Shown: one piece after another, positions 1-11,316 of the stretch | Position numbering within the stretch: the first letter of the stretch is position 1 | Layout: every line of letters starts with the position of its first letter | Assembly (NCBI GenBank): GCA_951406725.2 | Contig: OX597814.1 | Coordinates: 206,088,001 to 206,152,000, forward strand | Direction: 5' to 3' | Length of the DNA stretch: 64,000 nucleotides | Source: Octopus vulgaris | Taxonomy: Eukaryota | Made by a program: the position numbers and the translations under genes | Notes under the pieces: model-generated | What the model saw: only the letters and a program-made list of their open reading frames with translations | What the model was told of the DNA's origin: nothing | Database searches by the model: none

Positions 1-22
1 TGTATATATATGTGTGTGTGTG

Positions 23-63
<41 letters not shown>

Positions 64-153
64 GTGTGTGTGTATATATATGTGTGTGTGTGTGTGTGTA
101 TATATATATGTGTGTGTGTGTATATATATATATGTGTGTGTGTGTATATATAT
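1..153. repeat. Compound (TG)n/(TA)n microsatellite
   Basis: Seen directly. Confidence 0.95.
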
Positions 154-319
154 ATTACCTGTTATATACTTTATATTATTTTTGTAATTTACTTAATCTT
201 TACTTTATAATTGTAATTTTAATTTTAACTTTTCTGATATGCAATTTTCTAGATGGTGTAATTTAATTGTTCATTTTGAATTGATAAAAGGTGGTTTTTT
301 TCTAATCTTTTATGTATAA

Positions 320-697
320 GCCTCTGGCTTCGGCCACGATTCGGATGGTGCTTTTTACGTGCCATCGACTGGCTTCCGTGTCGGTGGCACGTAAAAAGCA
401 CCATCCGAATCGTGGCCGAAGCCAGTGCCGCCTCGACTGGTTTCCGTGCAGGTGGCACGTAAAATGCACCAATCCGACCATGGCCGATGCCAGCCTCACC
501 TAGCACCAGTGCAGGTGGCACGTAAAAAGCACCCACTACACTTACAGAGTGGTTGGTGTTAGGAAGGGCATCCAGTTGTAGAAACATTGTCAGATAAGAC
601 CGGAGCCTGGTGCAGCCTTCTGGCTTCCCAGATCCCCGGTCAAACCGTCCAGCCCATGCTAGCATGGAGAACGGACGTTAAACGATGATGATGGTGA
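320..697 (+). mobile_element. RTE-type LINE 3' UTR fragment ending in (GAT)n, followed by (TA)n
   Basis: Matches the 3' end of the RTE copy at 14190-14378 (ggaagggcatccag...ccatgctagcatgg...ggacgttaaacgatgatg). Confidence 0.8.
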
Positions 698-1587
698 TAT
701 ATATATATATATATATATATATAGTGGTATAAATATCAACACAATTTTTCTCTCTTCCCTTCTCCAAACTCACAGACACCCACAAACACACACGCACACA
801 CACACACACACTTCCACAAAGCAATCATAAAAAGAATTCTTCTTCTCTAAACCCCAAAAAACATTTGACCATCCCTCATTAAACACACACACACTCTCTC
901 ACAATGATAAAAAGAAATATAATTTATGGTCTACCTTCCCACCACCACACACTCAGTGACACTGTGAAATGGTCAAAACTGAAATTCTTTTTTCCCCAAA
1001 AACAGACCCCAAAAATTATTTTCTTCTTTTTCCCTCTCCCTTCCTCTCTTTTTCTTTAGCACTCATCCCAAATACAAAAACACACACACACACACACACT
1101 AACATACACACATGTTCTCTCTCTCACTTTCTCCTCATCCATCACCCTCTTGTACTGTCTTATATTCCTCCTCACCACTACAAACTCAATACCACTATAA
1201 AATGGTCAAAACTCCTCACACATGAACTTAGTTTGATTTGAAAACCCCACTAGAATGGGAGAAAGCACTAATACATGATCTAAGTTATATGATGTATAAA
1301 ACATGTAATATACAAATAAATATCTGTAAATATAAACCATCCAATTTTCTGAGTACCTCATTTCTTCTAATATATAATACCTGTACATCATCTCCAAACC
1401 TTCCAATATATATATATATTAATAGTTATCGCCAAGCTAATATGGTAGTCCATAAATATAAGACTAAAGCTGCCGTTGATTAGCTCCAAGAGGCCATCGC
1501 CTCTAGCTAGCTATATGACACACGAACCTGTGTCCATTATAACCTTCAAACAGGGGAGGTCAGCCGCTTCCCCTTGCTGGTCAGACA

Positions 1588-1630
1588 TCTGCAGACATGT
1601 TTCAGGGTATTTGCCCTTTATCAATGCAGA
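1588..1630 (-). ncRNA. Mirror copy of the minimal hammerhead ribozyme (sense to the PARP14-like pre-mRNA)
   Basis: Exact reverse complement of 1653-1695 within the palindrome. Confidence 0.75.
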
Positions 1631-1652
1631 GTAGCCAGACCCAGCAGGCTAC

Positions 1653-1695
1653 TCTGCATTGATAAAGGGCAAATACCCTGAAACATGTCTGCAGA
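1653..1695 (+). ncRNA. Minimal type I hammerhead ribozyme (U3-A8 core variant)
   Basis: Stem I TCTGCA/TGCAGA; core TTGATAA; stem II AGGG-caaata-CCCT; GAA; palindromic stem III ACATGT; cleavage triplet GUC ending at 1689. Confidence 0.75.
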
Positions 1696-1955
1696 TGTCT
1701 GACCAGCAAGGGGAAGCGGCTGACCTCCCCTGTTTGAAGGTTATAATGGACACAGGTTCGTGTGTCATATAGCTAGCTAGAGGCGATGGCCTCTTGGAGC
1801 TAATCAACGGCAGCTTTAGTCTTATATTTATGGACTACCATATTAGCTTGGCGATAACTATTAATATCCAGTACCGCTGCCGTAGTCTCCTTTAGAGAGA
1901 CTTAGAAATTTTAATATTTCTATATATATATGTATATATATGTATTTTGTATATG

Positions 1956-2000
<45 letters not shown>

Positions 2001-2140
2001 TATATGATGGCCGTCCACTCGTGACCAAGGAAGACCATTGCTGACCTTCAGTAACATTGTATGCTCTAGGACTAACTTATATTTTGCATTTGTGGCTCTA
2101 TTGGTGAGTGACGAGGCCTGCTCTTGACAAGCGTACACGA

Positions 2141-2760
2141 CTGCAAACATTGCAGACCAAGCTTTCCCCATTAATATATATATGATGGGCTTCTTTCAGT
2201 TTCCATCTACCAAATTCACTCATGAGGCTTTGGTCAGTAGACACTCTTTCGTAGAAGACACTCTTTAAAGTATAGAGTTGGACTCCATGTAGCCACTGCA
2301 AACATTGCAGACCAAGCTTTCCCCATTAATATATATATGATGGGCTTCTTTCAGTTTCCATCTACCAAATTCACTCATGAGGCTTTGGTCAGTAGACACT
2401 CTTTAGTAGAAGACACTCTTTAAAGTATAGAGTTGAACTCCATGTAGCCACTGCAAACATTGCAGAAGAAGCTTTCCCCATTAATATATATATGATGGGC
2501 TTCTTTCAGTTTCCATCTACCAAATTCACTCATGAGGCTTTGGTCAGTAGACACTCTTTAGTAGAAGACACTCTTTAAAGTATAGAGTTGAACTCCATGT
2601 AGCCACTGCAAACATTGCAGAAGAAGCTTTCCCCATTAATATGTATATGATGGGCTTCTTTCAGTTTCCATCTACCAAATTCACTCATGAGGCTTTGGTC
2701 AGTAGACACTCTTTAGTAGAAGACACTCTTTAAAATATAGAGTTGAACTCCATGTAGCCA
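2141..2760. repeat. 155-bp tandem repeat, 4 copies, containing a SINE fragment
   Basis: Units start ctgcaaacattgcag at 2141, 2296, 2451 and 2606; each contains gggcttctttcagtttccatctaccaaat, the reverse complement of the SINE body at about 10745-10772. Confidence 0.92.
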
Positions 2761-3244
2761 CCTGATGGCAACTTTTCTCCCCCACCCATTTTGTAGGGGG
2801 TATTACTCATTTTTCTGGGCTCGTTTCACAGCTGTACCCTGTTCGAAATTTGGATTAGTTTTTGTATGAAAAGAAAAGGAACAGAGTGGGGCTTGATTGT
2901 AGTTTGTGGAGAAAACATTAAACATGCCTGAAAATAAAAACGTGGTCTTTCTCCCCAACTAAAAGACATGAAGAACTATGAAAGGAGGTGAATAAGTACT
3001 GGAGGTGGGAGGAAAGAAGAGAGAAGTAACAGTGGATTGTTCTAGAACTGCCAGAATGACAGTCTTGCCCTCTTCTTCATTGTTAAGAGTAAAGAAGCAA
3101 GGAAAGATCGATCGTATTCCAGTCTAATAGTCATTTTAAATGACTGAGGCTTTCCTTTCTCTGTCTCTCTCACTTCAATCCTTTTCTCTATGGTTAAGAG
3201 AGTGAAGGTGCTTAGGTGCATTCGGCCCATGATCATAAAGTCAC

Positions 3245-3505
3245 GAGAATGATTCCCTGCGGTGCACTGTGTTTTTGAGCAAGGTACTCTACTTCACTTT
3301 GCTGCAGTGTACTCAGCTTTCAAAAGTGAGTTGTCGCTGTAATTCAAAGGGGCCATCCCTGTAACATTCTGTGTGAGGCTGAATCTCCCTGAGATCTAAC
3401 TTATGGTATGCATGTCTGTGGAGTATTCAGCCACTTGCACGTTAATTTTATGAGCAGACTGTTTCGTTGATCAGATAAACAGGAACCTCATCATCATAAC
3501 TAATG
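3245..3505 (+). mobile_element. SINE (family also at 20153-20470 and 37933-38315 on the minus strand)
   Basis: Shared segment gtggagt(a/g)ctcagccacttgcacgttaatt...ggaaccctc in several dispersed copies. Confidence 0.65.
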
Positions 3506-4375
3506 GAATACCATTTTTCAAAAAGAGTGAAAAGAAAAGGAAATGCTCCAAATCGTAAGTCAAAAATGTCGTGTTTAGCATTATCAATGAAAGCTGAGAC
3601 GAAATTATTGCTATTCCGTCGTGTATTCACCCTCGACTCACACTCAGTTTGATAACAACAGCCTGTGATCTGGGGGCTTTGCCTCCTGATCTGTGAGGCC
3701 CACAAATGCCACTGTTATGATTGGATTAACATCCATATTGATCCTAAAGATTAAAATGATTTTCCTGCCCCTATATAAGATCTTTATTTGTTTTCTTCCA
3801 ATCACTTGAAGGTCTGTCTTGCTCCAGTTCCCTCAGCTGGCCAAAATGAGTTCTAGCTGTGTGAGGCTGAATTGCCCCCAGAACTACGTTAATAATATGC
3901 ATGACTGTGGAGTACTCAGCCACTTGCGAGTTAATTTTATCCTCGTGTGGTAATGAATAGCGAAAGTGACATCCAATATTTGCTGCAGTTATTTGCTTTG
4001 ATTTAACTACGTGTCTATGTATCAACTTTTCTTTGGATCTATGTATCTACTGTTTCTATCACTTTCTCTCTTTCTCTCTCACTTCCTCTGTGTCCCTCCT
4101 CTCTCCTGCTTTTGATTTAACAATGTGTGTATGTATGTATCAACATTAAAAACACAATACAAACACCAATCACTGCCTCTCACTCTCTCTCTCTCTTTCT
4201 CTCTCACTCTCTCTCTCTTTCTCTTATTCTCTCTCTCTCTTTCTTCCTCTCTGTCCTCCCCTCTCTTCTTTTTACCACTCACTTCTTTGCAGTAAGTGTG
4301 ACACACGCCACGCGTACATACGTACAAAAACCAACAAAACTAAGCGTATCAATGTTATTGATACTGATAATAATG

Positions 4376-5473
4376 TGATGCCGTACCAGGAAGTTGCTCT
4401 CTTGGCATCTGATCCTTAATGATTGGGAAGTGTTATCATCCACATTGTTTTGTCTTGGTATGAAAAGATGGGCTACAGCAAATATTCTGCTCAATGCCAC
4501 AGATTTGCTTGTCCTTAACCAGTTGAGCATGTCCCTTGATGGCTGACAATATGTGCATCTCTCATGAACAGAAGTAGTGGAGGAGCATTATAACCATGTG
4601 TTGAGAAAAATTCTTTGGGGTTTGGATAATTCACCTCTGAAACATGGAAACATGGGTGTTTTATTCATCATCCTTATAAAAACCTTGTTCAGTGACCTTT
4701 TGAGTGGGATGAGCTACTCGACCTGAAGAAAATTCTAACTAGGCCTCACCTGCAAGATCATGCCCTGTTTATCTTGATATGAGATCACCATGTTGTGCAC
4801 ATATAGTTGTGATGCATGTGCCTGGTGTACCTTTGTATATTTTACATCAGTGTCACTTTGACGGCATGCACTGTTCTTTCAATAACAACAACAACAATAA
4901 TAATATGCCCTGATGCAGTACCAGGCAGTGGCTCTCGTGGCTTCTGATCTTAACTGATTGGAAGTGATATCATGTACCTTATTTTGTCTTGCTATAAAAG
5001 ATGGGTTACAGCAAATATTCTGCTCAATACCACGGATTTGCTTGTCAGTTGTTTGACCTTAACCAGTTGAGCATGTCTCTTAGTGGCTGACGATATGTGC
5101 ATCTCTAATCATAAGAAGAAGTAGTAGGGGAGCATCATAACCATGTGGTGAGAGGGATTCTTTGGGGTTTGAATAATTCACCTCTGGAAACATAGGTGTT
5201 TCGTTCAACATCCTTAACCCTTATTTGGGGACCTTTTGAGCAGGATGGGTTACTCGACCAGAAGAAAATTCTAACTGGGCTCCACATGCAAGGTTATGCG
5301 CTGTTTATCTTGATATGAGATCACCATGTCGCGCACATATGGTTGTGATGCATGAGCCTGGTGTACCCTTATCAGATGGGTAGTCATGATGGGTATTCTG
5401 GGCTTCATATATTTTACCCCAGTATCACTTTGATGGCATGCACTACTCTCTCACTCAATAATAATAATAATAA
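4376..5473 (+). repeat. Two adjacent diverged copies (about 4376-4905 and 4910-5473) of an interspersed retroelement-like repeat ending in (TAA)n/(CAA)n
   Basis: Both copies begin tgatgc.gtaccagg and share colinear blocks through ...tcactttgatggcatgcact...aataataat. Confidence 0.75.
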
Positions 5474-5489
5474 TTTGATGAAGCCATTG

Positions 5490-5990
5490 CCCTTACTGTG
5501 AATGAATGCTCTCAACTTGCCCCAAACCAATATGAGTTGTGGTGACATGATGAGGTTACAAAAGTGCTGCATTGGAAAGTATGAGGAAAGTTGGGGTTAG
5601 AGGGAAGCAAAACATGGTACAAACAGAAACCACAGAGTATCACAGAGTCAGAGACCTGTAAAATCTTGTGGGATTTTTCAATGCAGAAAGGGCCAAGTGC
5701 TTGAGTACAACAAGCCAGGCCTGGTCGTTGTGGACAAGGTGAACCACATGTGCTCTATAACTGATGTTGCATACGTATTTGACCCACAATTAGTTAGGTG
5801 AACAAGTAGACAATCCTCTTAAATGTGCTTGACCGTGAAAGATGGAGATAATTCTAATTATTATTGGGGCCCTGGGGACAGTATCAGAAGATATTAAGAG
5901 GAAATGAGGACAGAGCGCCGAGTAGAGCTGTTACCAAAAGTCTGCCTCCTTGTCACAGCCATTATCATCAAGAAAATATTACATGGCTGA
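5490..5990 (+). pseudogene. Decayed R4/Dong-type non-LTR retrotransposon C-terminus (restriction-like endonuclease region)
   Basis: ECSQLAPNQY..*HDEVTKVLHWK...WYKQKP...KILWDF...YNKPGLVVVDK....ITDVA..D and IIIGALG, with stops and frameshifts; adjacent to (TAA)n. Confidence 0.7.
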
Positions 5991-6126
5991 ACAGAAGAGA
6001 TAGCATGGTACCACAGGCTGTGGATAGCAAGCCTCCAGGAGTTCCAACAAAACCTGAATTAAAACAATGCTAATAACTGACTCTGATAGGTAGACTAGAC
6101 AAAGAGAGGAGAAAAAAATTACTTAC

Positions 6127-6360
6127 CACACGGCTCTTTAAAACTTATAATGTAAGTATCAGAGGTTTGTTGTTGAAATGAAGAAATATTTCCACCAGAA
6201 CTTTTTTTTCTGTTTCCAAAATAACTTTTAAGAATCTCAGAGCTGACATTTGAAGAAACGTTTTTCACTTGAACACTGTTTATTTCCTTAATTCTATCCA
6301 CTTTCAGTTGATTTCCTTTTAAGGGGTTGTTTTGGCACATCCTCTGAACATACTCAAAAT
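6127..6360 (-). CDS. PARP14-like: PARP14-like gene, internal coding exon (234 nt, phase 1-1); gene continues beyond the left edge of the window
   Basis: Acceptor tttattgcag at 6361, donor G|GTAAGT at 6126; DFEYVQRMCQNNPLKGNQLKV...VQVKNVSSNVSSEILKSYFGNRKKSSGGNI...YIISFKEP, a second YFxNxKKSSGG RRM-like repeat. No macro, WWE or ART domain exon is visible, so orthology is not proven. Confidence 0.82.
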
Positions 6361-6525
6361 CTGCAATAAATACAATGAATGGAAATACATTTTGGTAAAA
6401 GAATCAAATTGAAGTCAATTTACTGATGTTTTAACACATTTTAGATTGAAATGATTTTGAGAATTCTTCAAATTTGGAGATTTTAGCATTAAAATGCAGT
6501 TCCAATTATTTAACAACTCCATGTG

Positions 6526-6961
6526 GGCACAGGTGTGGCTGTGTGGTAAGATGGTTGCTTCCCAGCCATATGGTTTGGGGTTCAGTCCCACTGTGTAGCA
6601 CTTGGATAAAATGTATTCTACTATAGCCTTGGGCTCACCAAAGCCTTATGAGTGGATTTGGTGGACGAAGACTGAAAGAAGCCATCTGTCTGTCTGTCCG
6701 TCTGTATGTTACTGTTTCCTTGCCTGTTGCAAACGAGTGTCCCTGTTATACAAGCAGTGTCCTTCATTTCCAATCTTCCTTAAAACATGTCTGGTCACTG
6801 GGAAACATTACCTTACTTGGAAATAGGTGAGGGTTGGCAACATGAAGGGCATCCAGCTGCAGAAATCCAACTCATCATCAAATTTTGTCCAACCCATGCA
6901 AGCATGGAAAAGTGGACGTTAAAACAGTGATGATGATCATGATGATGGTGATGATGATGAT
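6526..6961 (+). mobile_element. tRNA-headed SINE with RTE-type 3' tail and (GAT)n
   Basis: Head ggctgtgtggtaag...ggttcagtccca (A/B-box-like); tail gaagggcatccagctg...ccatgcaagcatggaaaagtggacgttaaa...gatgatg. Confidence 0.7.
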
Positions 6962-7404
6962 GTGTCCTTTAGTTAATGTTTACTCATCCTTAAATGTTAA
7001 AGGTATTTCTATTTAGGGATAAGTAAAGTGTAAAACGTAAGAAACAAAATTTGACTGAGCAGATTTATGATGAAAGACAATCCAGCCATGACCATTCCAA
7101 TATCTAGAATGGTAGCTTCTGTTTTGAAGAAGGCAGGGTGTAATGGGAGGGATACTTTCCTGCTATTTCTATCAGCCTGAGCAACTGTGTAAAGGTCTTC
7201 AGATCATTAAAAGTGTGTGTTTTAAGGTAGAGATGGGAATTTCAACATTTCTCGTCTGGGCTCATTCTTGTATTCTAGAATATTGTACATGACAATATCA
7301 GAGACAAGTTAGAGATGAAGTTATTTAGACAAAAAAAAAAACAAAACAAAAACAAACTATTTCACTAAAAATACATATAACTACCCAACCATTTCTAAAG
7401 ATAT

Positions 7405-7740
7405 ATCATCATTTAAGTTCTGTTGTCCATGCTGGCATGGGTTGGACGGTTTGACTGGGCTGACATGCTGGAAGGCTGCATCAGACTCCAGTCTGATTTG
7501 GCATGATTTTCTTTGGCTGAATGCCCTTCCTAACGCCAACCACTCCGAGAATGTAATGGGTCCCTTTACATGCCTTGATGGATCTTCCAAAACATGACAT
7601 AATACCAAAAATCTTGGTCATTGCCTCTGTGAGGCCCAACGCTCGAAAAGAATTCAGCCACTTTGCCTCCGTGAGGCCCAACATTCAAAGGATGCTCTTT
7701 ATGTGTCACCAGTTCAGGTGCACTTGGCTTGACGGATCCT
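7405..7740 (-). mobile_element. RTE-related 3' end fragment
   Basis: Reverse complement of the shared 3' end (ccatgctggcatgggttggacgg...gcccttcctaacgccaaccactcc). Confidence 0.65.
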
Positions 7741-7789
7741 CTCAAGCACAGCACATCCCCAAATGTCTCTTGATTTCAAATTGTGACAC

Positions 7790-7985
7790 AAGGCCAGCAA
7801 TTTGGAGGGAAGGGTTAGTTGATTGCATCGACCCCAGTAATCAGCTGGTATTTATTTTTTTGAACCCTGAAAGGACGAAAGGCAAAGTTATTCTCAGCAG
7901 AATTTGCACACAAAGCATGAAGACAGATGAAATGCAGTTAAGCATTTTGTCCAGCATGCTAACATTTCGACCAGCTGGCCACCTT
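7790..7985 (-). mobile_element. SINE with Deu/Nin-like core (related copies at about 15900-16060 and 16690-16820)
   Basis: Dispersed copies share gaccccagt...ctggta...ttgaccc(c/t)gaaaggatgaaagg.aaa.ttgac.tc.g..gaatttgaac. Confidence 0.55.
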
Positions 7986-8587
7986 CTTCGATTTCGATAT
8001 TTATTGAAAGTTATCAAAGCAAGAAGCAGTGTGTTAAATATACTTGCTGCTCTCATTTTCTACCATGGAATATCTTCTTGTAAACTAAAGAGAAGATTCC
8101 ATCACCATGTAGAAGACAACTTCATGATGCAATGGTTCATTTGTAGATGTTCTCCCCTCTCATCCCATCGTCACAACAACAATCACTATAGTTCTTAATG
8201 ACTTATATTAGCACCAGGTATACTCAACACAAACACAGCTGTCTCCTCTCTTCTCATAAACCTTACAATGTATCTCCTCACCACCACCACCCCATACTGA
8301 CCCCTCTTTCTAATGACCACTGTATCCAAACATCAATGATTGACAATTCTCCAAAACTTGCCTCTTTTTCCTGCAGACCATTGACTAATACAACCAGATC
8401 AATCTCATCAATGAAGGAGTTTGACCTTCAAAAGGTCAAGGCTGTTGACCCTTTTACCTCACAATATATCGACCAGTTGCCCTCTCTTCTTCTTCACTGA
8501 GCCATTTAAAAAAACAACAACAAATTTTGATGGTTTATCTGTTTGTCATTCTTCTACATCATCACAACAAAATGTCTATTTTAACAA

Positions 8588-8740
8588 TATCATCATCATC
8601 ACCATCATGATGATGATGATCATCATCATCATCGTCATCATCATCGTCATCGTCATCATCATCGCCACCATCATCATCATCATCACCATCACCACCACCA
8701 CCACCACCACCATCGTCATCATCATCATCATCATCATCAA
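8588..8740. repeat. (CAT/CAC)n trinucleotide microsatellite
   Basis: Seen directly. Confidence 0.95.
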
Positions 8741-9264
8741 CAAGCCAAAACTAGCAAAGGGAGCTTTGAAAGCAAATGGCAAATAAAGTAACTAAACTCT
8801 TGTCTCTCTAAATAAACTCCAGGATCTATTCTACTGTCTTTTCTATCACTGCTATGAGGGTCCCTGTTTCGTCTCTCTGGTTGATTTTATACCATTGCCA
8901 TTCAGGCTCTTTGATCCACTCATTGTTCCGTCTTATGTCACCCTTCTTGTATCCAACTCCATCCCCTCAATTATACCAGATTCTTTCTCCTTTGAACACC
9001 GGTCCTCTGCAATCCTTGCCTCATCTCCCTATTCATCAGTTCAAAACAATACTTTAACAGCATCAACAGGGTGTAAGGCAATGGACAACACACACATGCA
9101 CACACAGCAGCATAGAAACACAGGTAGAAAGAAGGTGTGCAGAGAATTGAGATGAGTCAGGGTAAGGATGAAGAATATAAAGATTCCAGAAGATGTTAAG
9201 AAATGCAAAGAAATGAGAATGCAGAATGTTTAACCCCTGAACATTTAAACAGGCCATATCTACT

Positions 9265-9785
9265 AGCGGGGTGCAAAGAGCACCATACGAGTGTGATCGT
9301 TGACAGAGCGGCTAACCGGCATCCGTGCCAGTGGCACATAAAAGGCACCAATTCGAATGTGATCGTTACCAGCGTCGCCTTACTGGCACTTGCGCCCATG
9401 CTAATAGGGTGCCAAGAGCACCATCCGAGCATGATCGTTGCCAGAGCAGACAACTGGCTTCTGTGCCAGTGGCACGTAAAAGGGCACCATTCGAGCGTGA
9501 TCATTACCAATGTCACCTTACTGGCACCTGTGCCAGTGGCATGTATAAAAAATTTGTGCAAGGTTGCCAGTACTGCCTAACTGGCCACTGTGCCGATGGC
9601 ACGTAAAAGCACCCATTACACTCTCAGAGTGGCTGGCATTAAGAAGGGCATCCAGCTGAAGAAACTCTGCCAGATCAAGATTGGAGCCTGGTGCAGCCAT
9701 CTGGTTTGCCAGCCTTCAGTCAAAATCGTCCAACCCATACCAGCATGGAAAGCGGACGTTAAACGCTGATGATGATAATGATGAT
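9265..9785 (+). mobile_element. RTE-family 3' UTR fragment with internal ~65-bp repeats and (GAT)n tail
   Basis: Repeated caccat.cgag..tgatcgtt units followed by the shared RTE 3' end. Confidence 0.75.
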
Positions 9786-10612
9786 ATCTGGCCTCTTACA
9801 CCAACCATACAATATCATTCTAAAAATTAACAATTACCTCGTCAAAATTCCAAAGCTATGAGATAATGCATGATTAATACGAAATGATGTGAATAAATAA
9901 GCAGAACGCTTGACAGGTTAATCTGAATGCTAAAGAGTTAAGGAATGCTCTGAATTATAAAGATGAAAGTGCTAGAAGAAAGAAGAAATGTTTCAGAGTC
10001 TGTAATGAGAAATGGTAAATAAAATGGAGAGGTGAAACAACAGACAAAAGAAAAAATCACACCAACCGAATATATAATCCTGTGTGGAAAGTCCTTTGTA
10101 GAATTTTATTGATTTGAAAATTTTAGTTTGATGTGTTCAATATTATGAGAGTATCATTACTCAACATATTTGTTTTATATTGAAACTATAATTAAAAGTA
10201 AAAGACAGGCAGACCTGTGCATGTGTTTATCATTGGCACAATGATCCTCCCAAAACACACAACATAGATTTTGGTTTAGAATTAAACTATATATTTATTT
10301 TATTATTCTGTAATATGCATTTACAAGGTAAAGACTCAGTTTTCTTTTCGTTTTAGATAGAAATTACATTTGTAACAAGTTCCCTCTATCAATCAAACAA
10401 AGATGGTAAAATATTCCATTTACTTTCCCTCTTTCCAATGTTTAGAAACTGAAGGAATGGTCAAATACTGGAATCAGTTCCACTGATAAAACATTGTCTC
10501 TAATATTTCTGATTTCCTGCCTGATAACCATCATTCCTGACAAATTTCTTTCTTTCCTGATAAATGTGAGAAACCAAAACGCAAAATCTGGGAAGAAATA
10601 AAAGATATAAAT

Positions 10613-11010
10613 AGGTGCAGACAAGGCTGTGTGCTAAGAAGTCTACTTCCCAAACACATGGTTCTGGGTTCAGTCCCACTGCATGGCACCTTGGGTGAGA
10701 ATCTTCTACTGTAGCCTCAGTTCAACCAAGGACATTGTTAGTGGATTTGGTAGATGGAAACTGAAAGAAGCCCAGTATGTGTGTGTGTCTTTGTGTCTAT
10801 TTGTTACCCGCTACTGCTTGATGACTGGTGTCAGTGTGTTTGTGTTCCTGTAACTTAACAGATCAGCAAAATGGAGTGATAAAATAAGTTTCTAGGTTTT
10901 AAAAAGTAGGAACCACTAGGGTCGATCCTTTTGACACAAAAAGATCCTCAAGGTGGTGCCCCAGCATGGCCTGAGTCATTAGATTAAAACAATTAAAACA
11001 CAAAAGATAT
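10613..11010 (+). mobile_element. tRNA-headed SINE, full length, with a non-RTE tail
   Basis: Same head as 6526 and 21997; tail ...aaggtggtgccccagcatggcc...aaaagata. Confidence 0.7.
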
Positions 11011-11079
11011 ACCAATCCTATTAACAAAACAAAATTCAAGAAATCTTTTTCAGAACAAATCAAACTTGAAGAAACTTAC

Positions 11080-11316
11080 CAATTTCACTTTGGCAGTACA
11101 CAAGAAAAGTTCCAGGTTTTCTTCCAGAGGAAACATATACAATATCTAATTTTCCTGTCTTTTCCAAAAAATCAATTAATGTTTTTTCCGATATGTCTTT
11201 GGGGCCATTTGACACAATCATTGCATCTTCTTGCCAGACTAGATTTTTATACCAGTCCACATGAAGTTTACATCTGCTTATGTTATGGACCTTCCTTTGG
11301 ACAACATTTTCTGCAT
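11080..11316 (-). CDS. PARP14-like: PARP14-like gene, internal coding exon (237 nt, phase 1-1)
   Basis: Acceptor attttcag at 11317, donor G|GTAAGT at 11079; open frame DAENVVQRKVHNISRCKLHVDWYK...PKDISEKTLIDFLEKTG...FLVYCQSEI, in frame with both neighbouring exons. Confidence 0.82.

Larger units (their letters stand above)
1416..1920. mobile_element. Penelope-like pseudo-LTR in inverted arrangement: perfect palindrome (arms 1416-1636 and 1647-1867, 10-nt spacer) plus ~50-nt tail, inserted in (TA)n
   Basis: Arms read as exact reverse complements. Each arm carries a hammerhead motif. Inverted pLTRs with hammerheads and a short tail are established features of Penelope-like elements. Confidence 0.75.

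Noticed and set aside
2800-2927. Strong minus-strand acceptor (tttttattttcag) as the next coding exon
   Set aside because: The phase-1 translation (GMFNVFSTNYNQAPL...) has no PARP14-like character and there is no convincing donor.
7575-8786. Chain of plus-strand ORFs of 207, 100 and 121 aa
   Set aside because: They run through LINE/SINE fragments and a CAT microsatellite; no domain signal or splice structure.
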